Shown: in pieces, positions 9,170 to 16,826 of the stretch
Layout of the letters: each line of letters opens with the position of its first letter
Position numbering within the stretch: the stretch's first letter is position 1
From: Gammaproteobacteria bacterium
GTDB taxonomy: Bacteria; Pseudomonadota; Gammaproteobacteria; Eutrophobiales; Eutrophobiaceae
Assembly (NCBI GenBank): GCA_965116495.1
Contig: OZ220696.1
Coordinates: forward strand, 896,001-960,000
Direction: 5' to 3'
Length of the DNA: 64,000 bases
Made by a program: the position numbers and the translations under genes
The notes under the pieces: generated by a model
What the model was told of the DNA's origin: nothing
Seen by the model: the letters and a program-made list of their open reading frames with translations, nothing else
Database searches by the model: none

Positions 9170-9480
9170 ACAAACCGCGCAGTGCCGCTTTCTTCGACCG
9201 TGACATCGTCAATAGCCAGGCTCGGATTGGCGTCGGCGAAGATGAAGTCTGCCGCGTCGATCGTGGCGCCTGCCTGCGCGGTCAGGGTGATGCGGGGGGT
9301 CAGGTCCACGCGGCTATCCTGCGTTGCCCCGGAATAATCGAAAGTGTCTGTACCGCCGTCGTCGATCAGCGTGAAGGCGAACAGCCCGCCTGCCTGCATG
9401 TGCCGGGCAAGCTCGTCGAGGAAGCCGCCGGCATTGGCGTTGAAGCCGTAGGTGGTGTCGCCGGTGCGGATGGCATTGAT
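9170..9480 (-). pseudogene. Collapsed relic of a second serralysin/RTX/Calx-beta gene
   Basis: IRTGDTTYGFN...FTLIDDGGTDTFDYSG..VDL (serralysin C-domain) joined to ITL...IDAADFIFA (RTX tail) joined to PSLAIDDVTVEESG (Calx-beta start). Confidence 0.7.
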
Positions 9481-9673
9481 TGTGAAGAGCGCGTATCTTG
9501 ATTTGTTCCACATGCACAAATGTCCCACATTTTGCTCGTATGTATCAAGCACCGTTCCCAACAATGATCAACAGAGGTTTTCTGAAGAAATTCGATTGGC
9601 AGTTACAAAATCCCCTCCTAACACGTTAGAATGGTATCCTCAAACCGTACGTATATTTTTTTGGGAGCACTAC

Positions 9674-9810
9674 ATGAAAGCAGTGGTATTGGAAGAACTC
9701 GGTGGGCCGGATCACCTGGAGATCAAGGAGGTGGATACGCCGGAACCGGGGCCGGGTGAGGTACGGGTAAGACTGAAAAATTCCGCCTTGAACCGGCGCT
9801 ATTACTGGAA
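9674..9810 (+). pseudogene. MDR/zinc-binding dehydrogenase (quinone oxidoreductase-like), N-terminal fragment
   Basis: GGGAG RBS then MKAVVLEELGGPDHLEIKEVDTPEPGPGEVRVRLKNSALNRR, then similarity is lost. Confidence 0.8.
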
Positions 9811-9909
9811 TCATTACGGCAACTGGAACGCAGCGCGGGCCGCTACGCGCTGGTCAGCATGTGTATCGGTATCGGACAGGGGATTGGCGTGGTGATTGAA
9901 CGTATGTAG
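9811..9909 (+). pseudogene. Thiolase C-terminal fragment
   Basis: Manual translation LRQLERSAGRYALVSMCIGIGQGIGVVIERM* contains the thiolase C-terminal active-site signature (MCIGxGQG). Confidence 0.8.
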
Positions 9910-9921
9910 TGGTTGTTCGTT

Positions 9922-11319
9922 ATGAGGCAAAGTCCGATCAGAAACCCTGAGCGAATTTTGCTGCAATATGTCTGGGCCGTAGCCTTCCTGCTGGTCCCGC
10001 TGTCCCTGACCGCGGACACCGTCTCGCTCGACCTGACCCTGGAGCGGGCGATCGATCTTGCGCTGGAGCAGAACCGGCCGCTGCTTAACCGGCGCCTGGA
10101 TCGCGAGGTGCAAAAATTTTCCCTGGAAGTGGTTGAAGACCGTTGGACGCCTCGAGCCACCCTCCGCCCCTTCGTCAGCAAGGACCGGCAGGATCGCGAG
10201 ACGGGAGTCAGCAGCCAGATCAGCATGCGCGTGCCCACCGGCGGTCAGTTTGCCCTGCGCTGGGATGAAAGACTGTCCAGCGAGTTCGAGGATTCCCGCT
10301 CGCAGTCCCTGAGTTTTTCCCAGCCGCTGCTGAAAGGCGCCTGGATTGACATGGAGACTGCCCCGATCAGGCAGGCCCGACTGGGTGAAAGGCTTAACGT
10401 GCTCTCGTTTCGACAGACGGTGGAAGATCTGGTCGTTGCGGTCATCAGCGCATACCGCACGCTCATCGGCGCGGTGCGGCAAGTGGAGATTTCCGAGACC
10501 GCATTGCAGCGCGCGCGTGAGCAGTTGCAGGCAACCCGCGCCCTGATACGCGCCGGGCGCATGGCAGAGCGGGAGGCCGTGCGCGCCGAGGTGACCATCG
10601 CCACTCGAGAGTTGGCGTTGACCCAGGCGCGCAACCGCCTGGACGCCTCAAACTTCCGTTTGCTTGATATCCTCGAGCTGGGCAGTACGGTGCGTATCCA
10701 TCCGTTGGAAAGATTGAACGTTGAACCGAATCGAGCCACCTTCGAGGCAGTATTCGCCGAAGCGTTGCGCAAGCGCGCCGATTACCTTCAATCCGGGGCG
10801 CTGATCGACATTGCCCGCATCAACCTGGCGGTTGCCAAAAACAACCGGCTGCCGGACCTGTCCCTGGGGGTTGAGTTAAGCGATAACGACCCGGGACGCA
10901 AGGACGCGCAGGTTCGGCTGGACATTTCCATCCCTTTCAATGACCGTTTTCGCGACGTGGACCGTCTCAGGGCGCGCAACGACCTGCGCAAAGCCGAGAG
11001 AGCCCAGCTTGAGCTGCGCGAGTCGATCGACGTGTCCGTACGTCAGGCTGTCAACGACGTCAAGGTAGGGCATCGGTTGACGGAACTGGCCCGCGACGCG
11101 CGCCTGCTGGCAGAACAGAACCTGGACATTGAACGCGAGAAATTCGGTTATGGTCTGTCATCATCCTTCGAGGTATCGTCGTCCGAGGACGAACTCGTGC
11201 AGGCGGAGCAGGCCGAGGTGGATGCGATCCTCAGCTATCTCGACGTGCTGACGCGGCTTGACTATATCTCGGGCCGCACCCTGGACAGTTGGGGCATTCA
11301 AGTGGAAACTCTCCCGTAA
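9922..11319 (+). CDS. TolC-family outer membrane efflux protein
   Basis: Signal peptide; LTLERAIDLALEQN; two OEP-like halves (LPDLSL, DISIPF); first gene of a four-gene exporter operon. Confidence 0.85.
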   Translation: MRQSPIRNPERILLQYVWAVAFLLVPLSLTADTVSLDLTLERAIDLALEQNRPLLNRRLDREVQKFSLEVVEDRWTPRATLRPFVSKDRQDRETGVSSQISMRVPTGGQFALRWDERLSSEFEDSRSQSLSFSQPLLKGAWIDMETAPIRQARLGERLNVLSFRQTVEDLVVAVISAYRTLIGAVRQVEISETALQRAREQLQATRALIRAGRMAEREAVRAEVTIATRELALTQARNRLDASNFRLLDILELGSTVRIHPLERLNVEPNRATFEAVFAEALRKRADYLQSGALIDIARINLAVAKNNRLPDLSLGVELSDNDPGRKDAQVRLDISIPFNDRFRDVDRLRARNDLRKAERAQLELRESIDVSVRQAVNDVKVGHRLTELARDARLLAEQNLDIEREKFGYGLSSSFEVSSSEDELVQAEQAEVDAILSYLDVLTRLDYISGRTLDSWGIQVETLP

Positions 11320-13112
11320 TGGCAAACGACCCTCAAGACATTTACCGGACTTTGCTGGAGAACCTGTCCGACGGTGTGATGGCAGTTGACGTTGATGGGG
11401 CCGTGCGCCTCACCAACCCTGCCTTTTGCCAAATCTTCGGACTCGAGTCCGAGGCGGTAACCGGTCGCCCCTTTGCAGAAATATTTGTGGCATTTGAGGG
11501 CTTTGACGAGTTCGTCGAGATTATCCTGGACGCCATTACCGAGCAGGGCGAGATCAAGCGCCGCGTCGCGAGTGTGCATATCGGTGACGCAGTCCGCTCG
11601 TTGTCCGTCACGACCTCGTACCTGCTGGCATCCGGGCCAAAACAGACCGGGCAGGTAGCAATGATTGCCGTGGTTTCCGACATCTCCGAGATCAAGGAAC
11701 TGCGCGAGACCGAACTGCGCATGGCGAAAGTCGTCGAGAATCAGCTCAGTGAGCTGCAGAACGCCTATCGGGATATTGAGTCCCGCAACGAGACGCTGTC
11801 CGTGATGATGAAGAAGGTCCAGGCAACGCGTGGTGTCGCAGCGTTATTGGTGGCCGGACTGTTTCTCGCCATTGGTGGTTGGTACATTCAGCCGCTGGAT
11901 ATCATCAATTCCGACCCGGCGCCGGCGCTGTTGGCGGATGGCCAGGCCGCCGACCAGGCCACTGACCCGGAGACCTTGCAGACCATAACTCTTGCACCCC
12001 GGGAGTTCCGCTCGACCCTCGCGGTGCGCGGCAACCTGACACCGGGACACGTCGTGAAAGTCGTCAGCTCGGTCGATAGCCATGTGAGTGGGGTCCACGT
12101 TGCCCATGGCGAGAGAGTGGACGCAGGCGACGCGCTGCTCGAGCTTGAGCCCGGTCAGCTACTGATGGATTACCGTCGGATCCAGATCGAGTATATCCAG
12201 GCGCGCGACAAGCTGCTCGAGCTTGAAGACTGGGAAAGCAGCGACGAAATGGCGGGTGCCCGGCGCCTGTTGCGACGGGCAAAAATAGCGCTCGAAGATT
12301 CTGAGCTGAGGCTCCGGCGCACTGCTTTTCTGCTGGAAAAGGGGATAGTCCCTACCTCCGAGCACGAATCTGCGCAGCAACAACACCAGGAGCGCAAGCT
12401 GGATTTTGAACAAGCCGAGCGGGATTTGGAATCGACCAGAGAAAAAGGAGATGCTGAGGCAAGACGGGTCGCGCGCCTACAAGTGGAGAATGCGCAAAGC
12501 CAGGTTGAACAGCACGAGCAGAAACTGAATCAACTTGAGCTCGAGGCCCCGATTGCAGGGATCGTTGTTGCCGATGCAGGCATTGCGAATAAGCCCCTGG
12601 CCAAAGGCCGTCCGGTGGCCCAGGGTGAGCTGCTGCTGAGCATTGCCGATTTCGAGCAGATTTCGGTAGCCTCCAGTGTCGATGAGGTGGATGTCAGGAA
12701 GATCGAACCCGGCCAGCGCGCCTTGGTTACCGGCCCCGGGTTTCCGGGCCTGGAAATCGGCGGAACCGTTACCCGGATCTCGTCGCGCGTACTTGGCGGC
12801 AGGAGGCAGCGGGGCGCGCCTGAGTTCGATATCGTGATTGCCCTGGACAGGTTGGATGCGGCCGCGCGTGAACAGTTACGGGTCGGCATGTCGGCCTACG
12901 TCACGATCATCGTACACAGCGATCCGGAGGCGTTGCTGATTCCGATCGACGCGGTGCAGGAGTCCGGCGCTGAAACCTGGGTGCGTGTGCTCGACCGGAA
13001 CACTGCCGCGGTGGAGCAACGCGCGGTCAGACTGGGCTTCACGACACTGGATTCGGTCGAAGTGATAGCAGGACTCGCGGTCGGGGAAGAAATCGTCCTC
13101 CCGGAAAGATGA
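11319..13112 (+). CDS. PAS-domain-fused periplasmic adaptor (MacA/HlyD-like membrane fusion protein)
   Basis: TAATG coupling to tolC; YRTLLENLSDGVMAVDVDG...NPAFCQIFG...GRP...DISE (PAS), coiled coil, one TM helix, then lipoyl/hairpin/barrel MFP (V.HGERV.AG, LEAPIAG, VDEVD, LRVGMSA). Confidence 0.85.
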   Translation: MANDPQDIYRTLLENLSDGVMAVDVDGAVRLTNPAFCQIFGLESEAVTGRPFAEIFVAFEGFDEFVEIILDAITEQGEIKRRVASVHIGDAVRSLSVTTSYLLASGPKQTGQVAMIAVVSDISEIKELRETELRMAKVVENQLSELQNAYRDIESRNETLSVMMKKVQATRGVAALLVAGLFLAIGGWYIQPLDIINSDPAPALLADGQAADQATDPETLQTITLAPREFRSTLAVRGNLTPGHVVKVVSSVDSHVSGVHVAHGERVDAGDALLELEPGQLLMDYRRIQIEYIQARDKLLELEDWESSDEMAGARRLLRRAKIALEDSELRLRRTAFLLEKGIVPTSEHESAQQQHQERKLDFEQAERDLESTREKGDAEARRVARLQVENAQSQVEQHEQKLNQLELEAPIAGIVVADAGIANKPLAKGRPVAQGELLLSIADFEQISVASSVDEVDVRKIEPGQRALVTGPGFPGLEIGGTVTRISSRVLGGRRQRGAPEFDIVIALDRLDAAAREQLRVGMSAYVTIIVHSDPEALLIPIDAVQESGAETWVRVLDRNTAAVEQRAVRLGFTTLDSVEVIAGLAVGEEIVLPER

Positions 13113-13143
13113 ACGGCAACCCCTGCTATTGCCAGCCACCGTC

Positions 13144-13899
13144 ATGAACGCGCCAGATAAAATGTTGCGCCTGGTTGACGTGCGCAAATCCTACCGCATC
13201 GGGCCGGCTACCAGGGAGATCCTGCAAGGCATCCACCTGGAAGTCAACACTGGTGACCTGCTATCGATCATGGGGCCCTCGGGTAGCGGCAAGACTACGT
13301 TGATGAACATCATTGGCCTGCTCGACCGTCCCGGCGCCGGCGACTGTTACCTCAATGGGCGCGCGATCTCCGGGTTGACGGATGACGAGCTGTCCTCGCT
13401 GCGTAACGAGCATATCGGGTTTGTGTTCCAGTCCTTCCAGTTGTTGCCGCAGTTGACGGCCATCGAAAACGTTTGCCTACCGCTGGTGTACCGGGGTATG
13501 GGGCAGGCGGAGATGAGGCAGCGGGCGCAGACCCTGCTGGCGCGCGTGGGCATGGATGACTGGGCGGGGCATCGGCCCGACCAGCTCTCCGGCGGACAGA
13601 AGCAGCGAGTTGCCATTGCCCGGGCACTGGCGGGAGAGCCGGCGCTGTTGCTCGCGGATGAACCCACCGGCGCCCTGGATAGCGACACCGCGACCGAGGT
13701 CATGACCCTGCTCCTGGAATTGAACTCGGAGCAGGGGGTGACGATCCTGATCATCACCCATGACCCACTGGTGGCGCGGCAATGCACGCGCCAACTGCGC
13801 ATCAATAACGGCTTGTTACAGGAGAAGGGAATGTCTGCCCGGGGGGTTGCCGCCACGCGGCAACCGCTTGCAGGCGCCCAGGCAGGGTATGCGGGTTAG
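13144..13899 (+). CDS. ABC transporter ATPase (MacB/LolD family)
   Basis: GPSGSGKT, IGFVFQSFQLL, LSGGQKQRVAIARAL, LLADEPTGALD. Confidence 0.95.
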   Translation: MNAPDKMLRLVDVRKSYRIGPATREILQGIHLEVNTGDLLSIMGPSGSGKTTLMNIIGLLDRPGAGDCYLNGRAISGLTDDELSSLRNEHIGFVFQSFQLLPQLTAIENVCLPLVYRGMGQAEMRQRAQTLLARVGMDDWAGHRPDQLSGGQKQRVAIARALAGEPALLLADEPTGALDSDTATEVMTLLLELNSEQGVTILIITHDPLVARQCTRQLRINNGLLQEKGMSARGVAATRQPLAGAQAGYAG

Positions 13900-15106
13900 A
13901 TCTCTTGCAATCCTGCAGGCAAATGCCCGCGAGGCGGTTAACAGCCTGCGCAAGGCAAGGCTGCGCACACTGCTGGGGCTGCTTGGCATCATGATCGGTA
14001 TCTCATCGGTTATTACAATGGTCTCGTTGGGCGAAATAGCCAGAGAGCAGGCGCGCAAAGAATTCGAAGCTATCGGCACCGACATCCTGATCATTCGCAA
14101 GTCGTACGAGACCTCGACCCCAGAGCAGGAGGCGGCGGAAATTGACCTGGCGGATGCCGTAGCATTGGCGCCGGCGCTTCCTTCAATTGCCGAGGCTGCG
14201 CCCAGGATCGCGAGCTATGGGGAATTCCGTTACGCCGGCAAGACAGTCGGCGAGGGAACCATCCAGGGCGTCACCGCGTCGTACTTCAGTGTGAACCGTT
14301 TGTCCATGGCATCCGGCCGGTTTATCTCGAACCTGGATGCCAACCGCCACTACTGTGTCGTTGGCGCCGGCATTGCCGAGGCAATGCGCCAGGTCGGGGT
14401 ACAACAGCTTGTGGGACAGATCCTGGAGATTGACGAGGAACTCTTCACGGTCCTGGGCACATTAAATGACAAACAGGAGAGTTACACCTTGCCCATCCGG
14501 GTGGAGGCAAATAATTCTGTCTTCATACCAATCACGACCGCGCAGCGCCTCGACTCCAACCCGGAGATCGACGTGATCGTTGCCAGGTCAAGCGCCGGCG
14601 TCCATTACGAGCAGGCGGTGCAAGACGTTCATTCATTCATGCGGAACAGGTCGCGGGATCTCCTCCTGGACATCATCACCGCCAAGGAATGGATAGCCCG
14701 GATGGAAGCGCAAATGCGCATCATGACCCTGCTGCTGGCCGCAGTGGGCAGCATCTCCCTCATCGTCGGCGGAATCGGGATCATGAATATCATGCTGGTG
14801 TCCGTAGCGGAACGCCGCCGCGAGATCGCGATCCGGCGTGCGCTGGGCGCGCGCCGGGGGGACATTCAAAGCCAGTTCCTCATTGAATCCATTATCCTGA
14901 CGGTAGCGGGGGGAGCGCTTGGCGTTGTGCTCGGCTTGCTGGTGACCTGGGTAGCCTGCCAGTTCACCGAATGGGAGTTCCTCATCTCAGGCATATCCGT
15001 GGTAAGCGGTATCGGTACCGCCTCCGCAGTCGGCCTGTTCTTCGGCTTCCAGCCCGCTCGTCAAGCCTCCCGCCTGGACCCGATCACCGCGCTTCAGGGA
15101 AGCTGA
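13889..15106 (+). CDS. ABC transporter permease (MacB/FtsX family)
   Basis: LRTLLGLLGIMIG; GGIGIMNIMLVSVAERRREIAIRRALGA; PARQASRLDPITAL. Confidence 0.95.
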   Translation: MRVRSLAILQANAREAVNSLRKARLRTLLGLLGIMIGISSVITMVSLGEIAREQARKEFEAIGTDILIIRKSYETSTPEQEAAEIDLADAVALAPALPSIAEAAPRIASYGEFRYAGKTVGEGTIQGVTASYFSVNRLSMASGRFISNLDANRHYCVVGAGIAEAMRQVGVQQLVGQILEIDEELFTVLGTLNDKQESYTLPIRVEANNSVFIPITTAQRLDSNPEIDVIVARSSAGVHYEQAVQDVHSFMRNRSRDLLLDIITAKEWIARMEAQMRIMTLLLAAVGSISLIVGGIGIMNIMLVSVAERRREIAIRRALGARRGDIQSQFLIESIILTVAGGALGVVLGLLVTWVACQFTEWEFLISGISVVSGIGTASAVGLFFGFQPARQASRLDPITALQGS

Positions 15107-15240
15107 ACGGGTGTCAAAAACAACGGCCATGGTCTGAGGGCAGGTCGCGGTGCAAGCGCACCACTGCTGCGCAAGCAGGAGTCTCCATCAAGAGTTGTGA
15201 TCAACATCCCCAAGAGAGATCCCCAGGAGAGAGAACACTG

Positions 15241-15440
15241 CAGGGCTATCTCAAAGTCGGTATACGCCCCGCTGTCATTCCGGGCTTGGTCCGGAATCCA
15301 ATGAAAACGTAATGTTTTATAAACAATGAATGATTGTTTGACTGGATTCCTGCCCCTGCTCAACGCCATACAGGGACAGGCTTGTGCAGGAATGACGGGT
15401 GGGAGATTTGAAAGCCGGTAATGACTTTAAGATGACCCTG
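15241..15440. mobile_element. MITE-like element with 18-bp imperfect terminal inverted repeats enclosing a REP doublet
   Basis: CAGGGCTATCTCAAAGTC ... GACTTTAAGATGACCCTG (15/18 inverted); internal GTCATTCC..GGAATCC / GGATTCC..GGAATGACG at 15274-15397. Confidence 0.6.
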
Positions 15441-15458
15441 TGTTCCTAACAAAGTGCA

Positions 15459-15487
15459 TTGACAAGTGTATGATTTCACGGTATAAT
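15459..15487 (+). promoter_or_regulatory. Perfect consensus sigma70 promoter
   Basis: TTGACA (15459-15464)-17 bp-TATAAT (15482-15487), upstream of the small Calx-beta gene. Confidence 0.85.
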
Positions 15488-15540
15488 ACCACACATTGCA
15501 AGGCACAATCCGTGCCCGCGACAGCAATGGGAGACCACAG

Positions 15541-16092
15541 ATGACCGCTACCTCACAAGCTGTTTTTTCACACCTTCAACCTGGGCGGGATTGCCGCTAC
15601 AAGGGTTTGCGCGCATTGCCGAGAAGCGCCGCCTGCGCTGTCGCACTGGCGCTTGGAATGGCGCTGACAGCCCCGGCCACGTTAGCGTGGGATGCATCAA
15701 CCACGGAGGGTCAAGAGCTGGTAATGCAATTGGAGATACCCTATGGGAGCGAAGGAGAGTCCTATCGCTGGTCATGGAAGACGGAAGATGATACGGCCAC
15801 GAGCGGGGCCGACTATACATCAAAATCAGGCACGGTGACATTCACCTGGGATGACGATAAGCAATACATTAAAGTCAAGACACTGCTGGATTGTGACATG
15901 AATGAAACTGCCGAATACTTTAATCTGAACTTTTCCAATTTCCAGGTCAATAACAGTCGGACTAATGGCTGGGCATCGCCGAGTTGGTCGTTCAGCGACC
16001 CGAATTGGGGAAGCACCTTCACGAGACAGGCACGGATCAAGAATCGATATAGCATGACCAATAAGCAGAAAGAACAAGCAGGCTGTTCTTAA
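15541..16092 (+). CDS. Small exported Calx-beta-domain protein
   Basis: GGGAG RBS before ATG 15541; hydrophobic segment AVALALGMALTAPATLA; TEDDTATSGADYTSKSGTVTF...E.F.L. Confidence 0.75.
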   Translation: MTATSQAVFSHLQPGRDCRYKGLRALPRSAACAVALALGMALTAPATLAWDASTTEGQELVMQLEIPYGSEGESYRWSWKTEDDTATSGADYTSKSGTVTFTWDDDKQYIKVKTLLDCDMNETAEYFNLNFSNFQVNNSRTNGWASPSWSFSDPNWGSTFTRQARIKNRYSMTNKQKEQAGCS

Positions 16093-16151
16093 AGGAACCT
16101 CAAAAAATACCATCCTTGGCATTTTTTGAGCATATCCCTATGCTGCAAGGG

Positions 16152-16194
16152 CAGGACCGGGGACAGAACAGGTCTGTCCCCGGTCCTGGTTTTT
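16152..16194 (+). terminator. 16-bp perfect hairpin followed by T-run
   Basis: CAGGACCGGGGACAGA-acagg-TCTGTCCCCGGTCCTG-gttttt downstream of the Calx-beta gene. Confidence 0.7.
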
Positions 16195-16245
16195 GACTCA
16201 GGCGACGCGTTCTACCTCCACCAGGCTGTCAAATACCCGGGGGGG

Positions 16246-16466
16246 CAGGGCAACCGCATACTTTTGAATCCGGCCTGTCGTCATTCCGGCGAATCATGCC
16301 CTGGCATGTTGTAAGGCAGGGGCCGGAATCTAGTGAACAAACCAACCTGTTACCATAAGGAATCATTTTTTTGACTGGATTCCGGCATTCGCCGGAATGA
16401 CGGACGGCCTTTTCCTGCCTCATTTCGGTCCTTTGCGGCAGAATCTAAAAGTATGCGGTTGCCCTG
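16246..16466. mobile_element. MITE-like element with 20-bp perfect terminal inverted repeats enclosing a REP doublet
   Basis: CAGGGCAACCGCATACTTTT (16246-16265) / AAAAGTATGCGGTTGCCCTG (16447-16466); CGTCATTCCGGC...GCCGGAATGACG doublet at 16279-16402. Confidence 0.7.
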
Positions 16467-16525
16467 ACTTGTTCCTAATAACCCTGCATACTGGTTGTGA
16501 CAAAGCATATTGTTTATTGCATATA

Positions 16526-16788
16526 GTACTCTTTCAACTTAATATTGACATGTTCAGAGCCACACAGCGGCGTCAAGACAAGGCGCAGCCCGCAGAGAAT
16601 GGCGCGCCCTTGTCAAGGGCTGCAACGCCGTATTGGCGTCGCTGTGTGGCTCCCTGCGGGCGGGCCGGGAAGCGGTCGCCCGCGGCGTTACACCGCTTGG
16701 CAAGGACGCGCCATTACCGGCGCAGCGTGCCTTGCGCTCAACCGCTTCCCGACCCGCTGAACATGGCAATATTAAGTTGAAAGAGTAC
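16526..16788. mobile_element. 263-bp structured MITE-like element, copy 1
   Basis: 32-bp terminal inverted repeats GTACTCTTTCAACTTAATATTGACATGTTCAG; second copy of identical length at 56305-56567. Confidence 0.85.
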
Positions 16789-16826
16789 CAGCCTGTATTC
16801 GTAGGTGGTTACCCGAATGTTCTCAT

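Noticed and set aside
9922-15106. Calling the exporter a canonical type I secretion system or macrolide pump macAB
   Set aside because: The ABC is split MacB/LolD-FtsX type rather than HlyB/PrtD, and the substrate cannot be inferred from sequence
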